From: Thermoanaerobaculia bacterium
GTDB taxonomy: Bacteria; Acidobacteriota; Thermoanaerobaculia; Gp7-AA8
Length of the DNA stretch: 54,524 bases
Direction: 5' to 3'
Assembly: GCA_046590585.1 (NCBI GenBank)
Contig: JBKJVD010000177.1
Span: 1-54,524, forward strand
Of the stretch, positions 25,901-33,213 are shown one piece after another. The notes beneath the pieces were generated by a model. The model was not told the origin of the DNA. It did no database searches and was given only the letters and a program-made list of their open reading frames with translations. The first letter of the stretch is position 1; each line of letters starts with the position of its first letter. A program made the position numbers and the translations under genes.

Positions 25901-27227
25901 GATGATCGATGGCGAAGCTCTCTTCGCTGACTGTCGTCCCTCCTGCGCTTCCTTTCGCCGTTACGTCGACCGCGCCGCTCCATCCGTTTTCGCCTTTGAC
26001 GGTAATCTGTACTCGCCTCTCTTCGCCCGGTGACAGCTCGAATGCGCCGGGTTCGACGAGCACGCTCGCCGTGGCGTCGCGGTCGGCGATGTTGATCTTC
26101 AATGACGACGACGGAGAGTCGGACGCAAATGCTTCGCCTCCGGCTGCGCCCGTGATCTTCATTTCGAATTCGCCCGGCGCGGCGTCGCCTGCAGCGCGCA
26201 CTGTGATTCGCTTCGGTGCTGTGTCGGCGCTCTGAAAAACATCCTGCTCATACTCGGTTTGCCAGGGCACGCGCGGATCGTGACCTTCCCATCTCAACGC
26301 AACGCCGTTCGTGAAGTCCGCCGCGCGTGTCAGGTGTACTTCGATCGTTTTTACCTCGCCCGGTTTCAGGGTGATGTTGTCGGGCTTGATGGCGATTGAA
26401 AACCCCTTGCCCCCGGGAACCTGCGGCGGCGGTGTTGAGACTGTCGCACCAGCCAGTTTGATATTGACCGTCACAGCCTCGCCGATCGGCTGGTTCGCGC
26501 TGTTGTATGGCGTAATCGGCCAGTCGAGACCTTCCGGCGCCATCTCCGCCTTTTCATGCGCGCGAATGGTGAATTTCGCGTCGGTGTAGGAGCCATCCGG
26601 TTGTTTCTTCACCTTGATGTTGCAGAGGTCAGCGATGACGTGCGTCCCCATGACGGCGAAGCTCCAGCGAACCTCGGGGTCCTGGCAGTCGCCGTTCGTG
26701 TGCACGACGACTTGAGTCCCTTTGAAGTCCCTCGTCAACTCGATGGCCGCCGGTTCGACCGTAGCCGTGCAGGGAACTGAGGGAGCCGGTGCTGCGTCAG
26801 TGACGCTCAACCGGACGATGCCGAACATGAAATCAATGGAATTACCGGGCGTGTCCTCGAAGGAGCCCCACAGCGGGCCGCTGTAGCGCCCTGCCGGGAC
26901 GTTCGACGGGACGGTGATCGTGACCATCACCGAAGACATGGTGTTGTCGCTGCGCGTCGACGTCTGCGGCGAGTCCGTCGTGATGCCGACTTGCTGGCCG
27001 CTCGCGGAGGTGAGGTCGAGTTTGTAGACGACCGACGTGACGCCAGGGGGAGTATTGGTGTTCGTCAGTGTATTGACGGTGATGGTCTCCGCGGTGCCGG
27101 CGGCCATGGTGAAGTTGTTCGGCGTCACGGTTACATCGAACTGCGCCTGCGCCGATGCGCTGACACTCCACCCAATGCACCCCAGCATGAATGCCGCAGC
27201 GAGACACACGAAACGAGACGAGCGCAT
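22920..27227 (-). CDS. Giant secreted protein B: signal peptide, Ig-like repeats, ricin-type beta-trefoil lectin insert, and a paralogous ~490-aa C-terminal module
   Basis: AGGAGA RBS. Signal peptide MRSSRFVCLAAAFMLGCIGWSVSASAQA. Repeat motifs ENGWSGAVDV and GSGWNGAVDV. Hand alignment to protein A is collinear along the whole length. Confidence 0.85.
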   Translation of the reverse strand: MRSSRFVCLAAAFMLGCIGWSVSASAQAQFDVTVTPNNFTMAAGTAETITVNTLTNTNTPPGVTSVVYKLDLTSASGQQVGITTDSPQTSTRSDNTMSSVMVTITVPSNVPAGRYSGPLWGSFEDTPGNSIDFMFGIVRLSVTDAAPAPSVPCTATVEPAAIELTRDFKGTQVVVHTNGDCQDPEVRWSFAVMGTHVIADLCNIKVKKQPDGSYTDAKFTIRAHEKAEMAPEGLDWPITPYNSANQPIGEAVTVNIKLAGATVSTPPPQVPGGKGFSIAIKPDNITLKPGEVKTIEVHLTRAADFTNGVALRWEGHDPRVPWQTEYEQDVFQSADTAPKRITVRAAGDAAPGEFEMKITGAAGGEAFASDSPSSSLKINIADRDATASVLVEPGAFELSPGEERRVQITVKGENGWSGAVDVTAKGSAGGTTVSEESFAIDHLPGSHEITVKALPNAAPDHYAYVNVKVRAHANRNLIAETNIRSEVKAGAADFTVAVDPSRLELLPGQSGGVTLSVRRGSGWNGAVDVVVSGNDKVTIRPDRFRLDAGRASQEFEVTARGDAALTAGVEPSLMVKASPDGGGPSREAYVGLAIKTAKLARHFPAASGMLKNREYGNCLTIENNGHGDGAHLVMAACGSLVEAQTFTFGPNGEIQNGGKCAVLTSNQTTDDTPIILWTCSNSGNMNETWTFDSSSRLIGREFVKCMEPNASDPTHAVILRPCWDGGNQKWSVEQPPPPQTARQPEGTTEFDDPILAEALGGKITPPLRITVGQKKSISVYAKAQGATKSSPVDVILKVTVTVEGGGVSIQPIEFPLRLERLLQPRPGQACCELRAGSEPTVEVTAADQPGNATLRVTAVAADGATRTATLPMVVVADSRKGQWIEPQIPTGVIGDEDGPGAQHREPVSAPQGEPFAGVDAFPKSMAAADDAAAAFTGMAAAAAAAGEDVLDPEQIELLIAFSNAQSALLAELHNGTPLNPEEEASLGLHGATLPRVSEAALDDEIVRLFIRGGLRRNRANLPPPFQIASLGQFPFLFAMDFSSMAENKEMYNDIKSGKVDWRDLARGHEPVEILVNMMRLANQNAVAANNTAIVNDVLKETNDRIEAWGLDKITLKQWQVAVKTLSATATAISIIHILSEAQLRIIPSRIAELYSNVGGYSKRPDAPDPQVMQGTQASLKVYMTARSTGGEVVRLSQIAELVAKPVWEKMKGRIKVAGRKKGVGKVTTPGNDAKQEADEAALSEGIPGFDSKDFLKDLILEEINKRIAGIPALREWLQKLDAPITVKPYKRGPFLVNSERVLSLKYDNQHNNRSNELIKLGEGSRGHYYIEGLKPTQSGKTAGYSYGLQPWLIIALGRATEGLPCVKPSDPTVPPQCGLFRKGVVEVTPPPQRTCSLGPVGERCLLPNESVHDIALGYAGGGIITKNCECVSNRP
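25029..25412 (-). other. Ricin-type beta-trefoil lectin domain (CBM13-like) inside protein B
   Basis: Three subrepeats have a G-x-C-hydrophobic start and a QxW-like end: GNCLT..EAQTFTF, GGKCAV..NETWTF and FVKCME..NQKWSV. Confidence 0.75.
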
Positions 27228-27291
27228 GAACTCTCCTGAGCCCTGAATAATCTACGAAAAGAGAAAGACCAGAAGACTCAATCTGTCAGTA

Positions 27292-27305
27292 TGTTACAAG
27301 TAACA
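27292..27305. promoter_or_regulatory. Perfect palindrome TGTTAC-AA-GTAACA in the divergent B/C intergenic region (candidate operator or UAS)
   Basis: 6-bp perfect inverted half-sites with a 2-bp spacer. It lies about 90-100 bp upstream of the sigma-54-like element at 27390 and about 65 bp upstream of the gene B start codon. Confidence 0.45.
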
Positions 27306-27389
27306 CTAAACAACGAAGCGGAGCCTTTCAGGTTGAAAAGAGCGTACGTCAAAAGTGTAGAAAGAACAGGCGCGCCACTGAGCGGAAAC

Positions 27390-27404
27390 TGGCTGCCCAT
27401 TTGC
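27390..27404 (+). promoter_or_regulatory. Candidate sigma-54 (-24/-12) promoter of giant gene C
   Basis: TGGCTG-CCCAT-TTGCG compared with TGGCAC-N5-TTGCW. The GG/GC spacing is correct and both the TGGC and TTGC cores are intact. It lies about 70 nt upstream of the ATG at 27475. Confidence 0.5.
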
Positions 27405-27474
27405 GGCCGACGGCTGGCAGTGTTGAGTGTGCGCGCCTCTTGACATGAGTTATTTTTCAGGTTCAGGGGGAACG

Positions 27475-30400
27475 ATGCCGATTCAAATTCGTCGAGTGTT
27501 TTCGTGCGTGACGATGGTCCTGTTGCTGCTCTGCGCCGGCAGCGTTCACGCGCAGGGACGAGTGAAAGAAGATCGGGAAACCCCTGTTGCCATTTGGCCG
27601 GACGATCCCTCCGACAGCCGTGGGGATCGCCGCGGAAATGATCCCCAACACCTGCCCGGAGAGGACTCCACTCTTTTCCCCAGTCCCAACGCTGGAACGT
27701 TCACGCTCGAGCCGAGCAACCTCTCTGTCCAGCTCACCAAGGGGATCACCACCTCCATCAACATCCGCGTCATTCCCAGCGGAGGTTTCAGTGATCCAGT
27801 TCAGATCACGACCTCTGGCTCCATTCAGGGCGGGAACGTATCGAACAGTCCAGCCATCATTTCGCCGCCGTACGATCAGACCTCGACGATCTTACTGTCG
27901 GCGACCAACGCCACGCCTTCCGGGCAATACTCGATCAGCATTCTCGGTCAGGCCGGAACCACGACCGTCAGTACGGGACTGTTCGTCAATGTGGTGGCCG
28001 CAGGGGAAGCCACGTTCGGGTTCTCTCTTTTTCCCAACAATGTGGATGTCGTCAAGGGCAGTGGGTTTGCAACGAGCGTCGAGACGTTTACAACCGGCAG
28101 TTTCACCACGCCCATCAACTACTCGATCAGCGGTCTTCCGGCCGGGGTCACCGTAACCGGCCTGCCTCAGACCCTGCAGGCCCCCTACGCCGACATTCCC
28201 GTCGTCTTTTCAGCCACGTCGAGCGCGGTGCCCGGCACCTATACGACAACCGTAGTTACCGGAACGGCTGGCAGCCTGACCTTGACGAAACCGGTCACCA
28301 TCGTGGTGCGGGGCACGGCTGTCGGCGAATACAGCTTCCATGTCGATCCCGTGCCGATCTTCGTGACCGCGGGCGGGCGTCAACTCCTCACGCTCACAGT
28401 CACGTCGTTCGGCGGCTTCTCCGGCGTCGTTACCGTGAATCACGCCGAGTCCCATCCGTCGATCTTTGTCTTGAACAAGAACTGTCCTCTGTCAGGCGGC
28501 CCTTCGTGCCCAATCCAGAACATTCCGCTCAATGTGCCGGCCGGCGGCAGCGTTTCGGAACAAGTGCTCGTGTCCGTCACACCGACCTCGCCAGGCGGAT
28601 CGATCATATTCACGACTTCCACGCCGGGCCTTCCTGACGAGGTTTCAACCTACAGCGTGGATATCGGCGCGCAACCCCCGGGTTTCGACCTCCACGCGGA
28701 CCCTGTCAATCCGACGATTGCCCAGGGTCAAAGCCGTCAGATCACAGTCACGCTCACACGCCTCGACGGCTTCACCGGCGCGGTGCCCGTCGAAGTCACG
28801 GCGCAACCTGGATTCACCTTTGCCGAGCCTCTTCCGATTATCTTCGCTCCGGGAGAGACCTCCAAACCCCTGACGCTCCAGGTCGGCGCAAGTGTGACCC
28901 CCGCGACGAATTACACGGTCAATCTCTTCGCTAGTGTGCCGTCGATCTCCGCCTCAACGGGTGCAACCATTGTCGTGAACGTCACGCCGGCGCCGTCAGC
29001 AGGTAATTTCTTTCTGTTCCCCACTCCGGGCACCATCACGGCCCAACAGGGACAGAGCGGCACGACCACGATCAACCTCACTCGTAGTGGAGGATTCACC
29101 GGCCCCGTCACCGTGGATGCCACCATCGCCGGGGGCCCGGTTGCCGGCTCGGGCTACACCATCACGCCTGCCCTTCCCTTTACCTTCGCCGCTGGAGAGA
29201 CCACGAAGCAGGTCACGATCACTCCCGACACCACCGTCCCGGTGGGAACACACACGGTCACCTTCATGGGCACGGCCAGCGGCATCGGGACCAGGAACTG
29301 TAATGTGCTGGTCAACGTGACGGCCGCGCCGTTAGTCCCGGACTTCACATTCGCAGTCACGCCGAATCCGGTCTCCGTGACGCAGAACGCCAGCACGACC
29401 GCGACCGCCACCATCACGCGAAGCGGTGGCTTCAACGGCGACGTGAATGTCAGCGGTACGACCGGCGCACAGGGAGTGACGATCGGCTCAGTCACGATCC
29501 CCGCCGGCCAGACGACCGCAACGCTCACGATCGTCGCAACGTCCAGCGCGACGACCGGCCCCTCCACCATCAACTTCAGCGCGGCCGCGCCCAGCATCCC
29601 CAAGACTCTGACCTCCGTCATCAACCTGACGGTCGTCGCACAACAGGCTCCGGCCGACTTCACGATCAACGTCGCTCCATCAGAGATTCAGGTCAACGCG
29701 GGTGGAACCGGCCTGGTCACCATGACTCTCACCCGCCAGAATTTCACCGGCAATGTCACCGTCAATGCAACAGGCGGCGCCGGCATCACGATCACGCCCC
29801 AGACGTTCACGTTCAGCGGTACGACGACGCAGGCCTTCAACATTCTCGTAGCCCCCGACGCCCCGGCCGGACGCACGCCGATCTCGTTCACCGCGACTTC
29901 GACCGCTCTCCCTGGCGTGACCCGTTCCGCGAGCGCGGGAGTGACCGTAATTCCTGTGAGCACCGGTGCCCCGATCATCAGCTCGATCACGCCGTCCGCG
30001 CTCGTGGCTGGCGCACAGAGAGCTGTGGTCGTTCTCGCCGGTCGCAATTTCGTGGCCGGAGCGCAGATCTTCTCCAATCGAACGGACGTGGTCGTCGAGA
30101 GCGCGGAGATTCAATCCGACTCGATCGCAATCGTTGTCGTCACCGTGAATCCCTTCGCTGAAGCCGGCCCAACGACGTTCCGCCTGCGGAATCCAAACGG
30201 TCTGACCACCGCGCAGGGAGTCGAGTTGATCGTCTACGAGGAGGGTGACATCGGAGCGCCCCTCGGCGTGACCGCTGCCGCGATTCTCAGTCCTCTCGGC
30301 GGGAAGATCGTCACCAACGTGGATCGTCCCTACGCCACCGGCGTCGTCGCGACCTCGGGAACCGGCACGATCAGCGGCCGCTGGCTGTTCGACGGCGGCA

Positions 30401-32721
30401 CGTTCGACAGTTTCACGATCACCGTTTCCGCCGGTGAGCCGGCCATGGTGACCTCGCGCGTTCCGCTGCCGTCATCGCACGCCGGACCCCACCAGCTTCA
30501 ACTCGTGATCGATGTGCCGCAACAGGCGCAGTCCGCCGCCATTGCCATTCGTATGGCCATCGATAGCGCGAGCAATCTGACCATCCTCGGCCCGGTCGGC
30601 CAGAGCGGAGGCTCGGGAAACGCGGGCGACGCAATGACCCTCCGCTGGTCGATGGTCCCCGGCGCCCAGGGTTACGTCGTCGAGCTGACCCGCGAGGGAC
30701 AGCCGTTCCCGTCCCAGGTTGAAGTCGGACAGGAAGCGGAATTGCCGATCGATGCCGCCGATCTGCCCACCGGCGGCGGCCCGGTTCGTTGGCGCGTTGC
30801 ACCGATGTACTGTTGCTCGGGCAACGACTCCTATGCCGGGACGTTCTCCGATTGGAGCGACCTGCCACTCGATCGAAGCGCACGCGGGGAGCGCGAGCTG
30901 TTCGAATCGATCCGCGACACGGCCATCGCCGAGGCGATGACGCCACGACTGAAGTATCAGCTCGCCCGTCTCGCCGCGAGCGACAGTGACGAGAACTTGT
31001 TGCTCGATTCGTCCACCTACCAGCTCGCCCAGGGAACAGCGCCTGCCCGTACCGGCGCAGCAGGAACGAAATCGAGCCTGCGCTCCGACTGGTCCGTCGT
31101 TCCGATGGCCACCTCGACGTACACCCGTCACGCGACCGATCAGGATGGCTCGATCCAACTCTCGGGTCAGGGCGATCTGGGACTCCCGCCGCTTGCCAGC
31201 AAGTACACGACCGACTTCACTGGAGCGAACATTTACGGTGACGACTTCACCTTCCGGGGCAGCCGCAACTGGATTGTGAACGTCGGCAATGCCAAAGCAT
31301 CAAAGCGGGTCATAAGACCGGAGGCGACCTTTGGCTATGGTCCACCGGACTTCTTCCGCGGAGCGCAACTGGTGACTTCATCGCTGGCGCGTGGGGGTGC
31401 CCTCGGGCGCGTCTCCACCCGCTTCGGCTCCCTTGCGTATTACTCAACCTTCACCGACGCGCTCGACGGAGTCATCGGCGGCAACTTCGGGATGCAGCAG
31501 AAGCTCGATGCCGTGGCGCTCGAATTCCATGAAACGAAGAAGCTCTCGTTCAAGATCATCAGCATGCACGTCGAGGACCTTCCGCTGGCGAGCCAGAGCG
31601 CTCCGCGGGGCGAAGGACGTTCGCTCGGGTTCCTGACCTCGTACAAAGTGAGCCCGAAGCTGCAGCTCGTGGCCGAGGCTTCCCGCGGACGAGGAGAATG
31701 GACCACGCGCGACGGACTGCGCGAGCGCGAAGGGGACGCCTTCCGCATCGGAATGTCGGGCATGCGCGGAAGGACCTCGTACCGCGCCGATTTCAATCAC
31801 ACCGACAGCGACTACGCCAACCCAGGCAACCGTGGCTTCACGGCGGCGTCCATTCCGAACCGCACGGGAGGAAGCCTGAGTATCACCCGCCCCGTCGGTC
31901 GCGGCTCCGCCACCCTGGCCTTGAAACATCAGACCCAGACCCGGTCGTCCATTACCGCGGACGCTACGGGACTGAATTTGTCGTACAACCTGCAACTGAA
32001 GCCGTCCGTCAGTCTGAGTGCGACGGCGAACACGAACGTCGACTCGGCCGACGCGGACACGCAGAGGCGCCTGCCAGGGACCGATCGCCAGCAGCGCGGC
32101 GGCACAGTCACCCTGTCCGAGCGATACGGCCGTCTCAACCTCTCGCAGACTCTCGCCCATCAACGGCTGAACGACGATGTGAATCTGAGCGCGACGAACA
32201 ACGTCACCACGCTCACACTCAGCGGCGGCGGGACAATCGTGCCGAACTTCAATCTCTTCGCCACGTCGACGGTCATTCACAGTGCCGCCGCGCCGACCGT
32301 TGGCGACGGCGACAACATAACGTTCTCATTGCAGCCATCCTTCGCCATACCCCGACTCAATCTGTCGCTGCAGCCGCGCCTGTCGTACAACTTCAACGAC
32401 AATGATTTCCGCCGCACCAGCAATCGGGGCGAGCAGTACGCGGCGCTGATGCAGTGGAGTCCGGACTGGTTCAACAAGATCGGAGCGTTACAGCTCTCTT
32501 CGAACTGGAACCGCACCGAGGATGAACTGCAGGGACGCACGAACCGTTCGCTGAACCGCTCGTACGTCGGCACGTTCACGCTGAAGTGGGGCGAAGGAGT
32601 CGGTGCCGACATGTTTCGCCGCCACAAGCTGCCCGGTGAGCTGCCGGTTACCGGCCGCCAGGGTGCCAGCCAGGATCCGATCAATGGCAGAACGTCCGCG
32701 ACGGCGGGCTCCAGGAAGTAA
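27475..32721 (+). CDS. Giant outer-membrane protein C: signal peptide, at least 7 Ig-like repeats, IPT/TIG domain, further beta-sandwich domains, and a large C-terminal beta-barrel
   Basis: AGGGGGA RBS. Signal peptide VFSCVTMVLLLLCAGSVHA. Repeat motifs (SGGFSDPVQI, FGGFSGVVTV, LDGFTGAVPV, SGGFTGPVTV, SGGFNGDVNV) recur every ~105-115 aa. The C-terminal ~500 aa show alternating-hydrophobic strands. Confidence 0.85.
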   Translation: MPIQIRRVFSCVTMVLLLLCAGSVHAQGRVKEDRETPVAIWPDDPSDSRGDRRGNDPQHLPGEDSTLFPSPNAGTFTLEPSNLSVQLTKGITTSINIRVIPSGGFSDPVQITTSGSIQGGNVSNSPAIISPPYDQTSTILLSATNATPSGQYSISILGQAGTTTVSTGLFVNVVAAGEATFGFSLFPNNVDVVKGSGFATSVETFTTGSFTTPINYSISGLPAGVTVTGLPQTLQAPYADIPVVFSATSSAVPGTYTTTVVTGTAGSLTLTKPVTIVVRGTAVGEYSFHVDPVPIFVTAGGRQLLTLTVTSFGGFSGVVTVNHAESHPSIFVLNKNCPLSGGPSCPIQNIPLNVPAGGSVSEQVLVSVTPTSPGGSIIFTTSTPGLPDEVSTYSVDIGAQPPGFDLHADPVNPTIAQGQSRQITVTLTRLDGFTGAVPVEVTAQPGFTFAEPLPIIFAPGETSKPLTLQVGASVTPATNYTVNLFASVPSISASTGATIVVNVTPAPSAGNFFLFPTPGTITAQQGQSGTTTINLTRSGGFTGPVTVDATIAGGPVAGSGYTITPALPFTFAAGETTKQVTITPDTTVPVGTHTVTFMGTASGIGTRNCNVLVNVTAAPLVPDFTFAVTPNPVSVTQNASTTATATITRSGGFNGDVNVSGTTGAQGVTIGSVTIPAGQTTATLTIVATSSATTGPSTINFSAAAPSIPKTLTSVINLTVVAQQAPADFTINVAPSEIQVNAGGTGLVTMTLTRQNFTGNVTVNATGGAGITITPQTFTFSGTTTQAFNILVAPDAPAGRTPISFTATSTALPGVTRSASAGVTVIPVSTGAPIISSITPSALVAGAQRAVVVLAGRNFVAGAQIFSNRTDVVVESAEIQSDSIAIVVVTVNPFAEAGPTTFRLRNPNGLTTAQGVELIVYEEGDIGAPLGVTAAAILSPLGGKIVTNVDRPYATGVVATSGTGTISGRWLFDGGTFDSFTITVSAGEPAMVTSRVPLPSSHAGPHQLQLVIDVPQQAQSAAIAIRMAIDSASNLTILGPVGQSGGSGNAGDAMTLRWSMVPGAQGYVVELTREGQPFPSQVEVGQEAELPIDAADLPTGGGPVRWRVAPMYCCSGNDSYAGTFSDWSDLPLDRSARGERELFESIRDTAIAEAMTPRLKYQLARLAASDSDENLLLDSSTYQLAQGTAPARTGAAGTKSSLRSDWSVVPMATSTYTRHATDQDGSIQLSGQGDLGLPPLASKYTTDFTGANIYGDDFTFRGSRNWIVNVGNAKASKRVIRPEATFGYGPPDFFRGAQLVTSSLARGGALGRVSTRFGSLAYYSTFTDALDGVIGGNFGMQQKLDAVALEFHETKKLSFKIISMHVEDLPLASQSAPRGEGRSLGFLTSYKVSPKLQLVAEASRGRGEWTTRDGLREREGDAFRIGMSGMRGRTSYRADFNHTDSDYANPGNRGFTAASIPNRTGGSLSITRPVGRGSATLALKHQTQTRSSITADATGLNLSYNLQLKPSVSLSATANTNVDSADADTQRRLPGTDRQQRGGTVTLSERYGRLNLSQTLAHQRLNDDVNLSATNNVTTLTLSGGGTIVPNFNLFATSTVIHSAAAPTVGDGDNITFSLQPSFAIPRLNLSLQPRLSYNFNDNDFRRTSNRGEQYAALMQWSPDWFNKIGALQLSSNWNRTEDELQGRTNRSLNRSYVGTFTLKWGEGVGADMFRRHKLPGELPVTGRQGASQDPINGRTSATAGSRK
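29965..30237 (+). other. IPT/TIG-like domain within protein C
   Basis: PIISSITPSALVAGAQRAVVVLAGRNFVAGAQIF....TFRLRNPNGLT matches the usual IPT/TIG pattern (P-x-I-x-S-I-x-P, G-x-N-F). Confidence 0.6.
31069..32589 (+). other. Predicted outer-membrane beta-barrel region of protein C
   Basis: Many 8-12-residue amphipathic strands separated by G/N/D/S/R turns (SLSITRPVG, ATLALKHQT, GLNLSYNLQL, SVSLSATAN, TVTLSERYG, LNLSQTLAH). A beta-signal-like last strand, YVGTFTLKW, is followed by a 43-aa charged tail. Confidence 0.55.
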
Positions 32722-32785
32722 CTCGCCACAAACGTGTGCGGGACGGCCTCCATCGGCCGCCCCGCTTAGCCGTAATGCTCAGGCA

Positions 32786-32938
32786 TCACGATGCGCGAAC
32801 TGTTCGAAGGCGAGAACGCGCCAGAGCCGGCAGACATCCAGCTTCACGTTCCTCGGACCGATGCGTAACCATCTAGCCAGAAGCGTGTCGCTACGCATCG
32901 ACGATCTCTCGCTCACGGCCCAACGTAACGGTAGATGA
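32786..32938 (+). pseudogene. Direct repeat, right copy: frameshifted relic of the GATase-like gene 3' end
   Basis: It aligns to 17915-18069 with 9 substitutions plus a 2-nt net deletion. There is no upstream gene body. The first 33 nt are out of frame with the remainder relative to the intact gene. Confidence 0.85.
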
Positions 32939-32943
32939 ACGGC

Positions 32944-32968
32944 ACCTGGGCGCGCAGCGCGCCCAGGT
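32944..32968. terminator. GC hairpin directly after the relic stop codon (possibly the ancestral terminator of the GATase-like gene)
   Basis: ACCTGGGCGCG-CAG-CGCGCCCAGGT, an 11-bp stem with no U-tract. Confidence 0.4.
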
Positions 32969-33126
32969 GAATCTCACGAGATTGCCGTCAAATCACTCGA
33001 TGCCACGGCACCGCCAGGATCCCATCGGCGACCCTTGGGTTGCGCGACAGCGGGGAAAGAACACACTCGCCAGCTCCGAGAGCTTCCTCCGCGATCATCT
33101 CTACGGGGCACATCGGCCCGGGTACG

Positions 33127-33155
33127 GATAATCGTCCACGTCGTGGACGATTATC
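33127..33155. promoter_or_regulatory. 29-bp perfect palindrome upstream of yvcK
   Basis: GATAATCGTCCACG-T-CGTGGACGATTATC, 14-bp perfect arms. It lies about 60 bp upstream of the ATG at 33214. Confidence 0.4.
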
Positions 33156-33213
33156 GTTCACGCACGTAACCTGGAACTGCTCAGTCCTCGGTCCTGTCTT
33201 ACAATCCGCCGCG

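Noticed and set aside
23802-26033. Two long plus-strand ORFs (326 and 385 aa) opposite giant gene B
   Set aside because: Their Arg/Gly/His-rich composition, missing RBS and full overlap with a gene that has signal-peptide, lectin and repeat evidence argue against them. The same reasoning applies to 20811-21788, 28210-30114 and 31444-32280, opposite genes A and C.
27440-27445. Perfect TTGACA -35 hexamer upstream of gene C
   Set aside because: No acceptable -10 hexamer lies 16-19 bp downstream (the sequence there is TCAGGG). It is also only about 30 nt from the start codon and overlaps the RBS region. The sigma-54-type element at 27390 is the better candidate.
18070-32785. Calling the insertion a prophage, ICE or classical integrative island
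   Set aside because: No integrase, excisionase, transposase, conjugation or phage gene is present between or next to the repeats, and the three giant ORFs fill nearly all of the space. I report it only as a repeat-bracketed insertion of unknown mechanism.
32603-32938. 111-aa ORF ending in the same peptide as the GATase-like protein
   Set aside because: Its 5' part overlaps the end of gene C in another frame. Its 3' part is the degenerate repeat copy, which is frameshifted relative to the intact gene. I call it a relic, not a gene.
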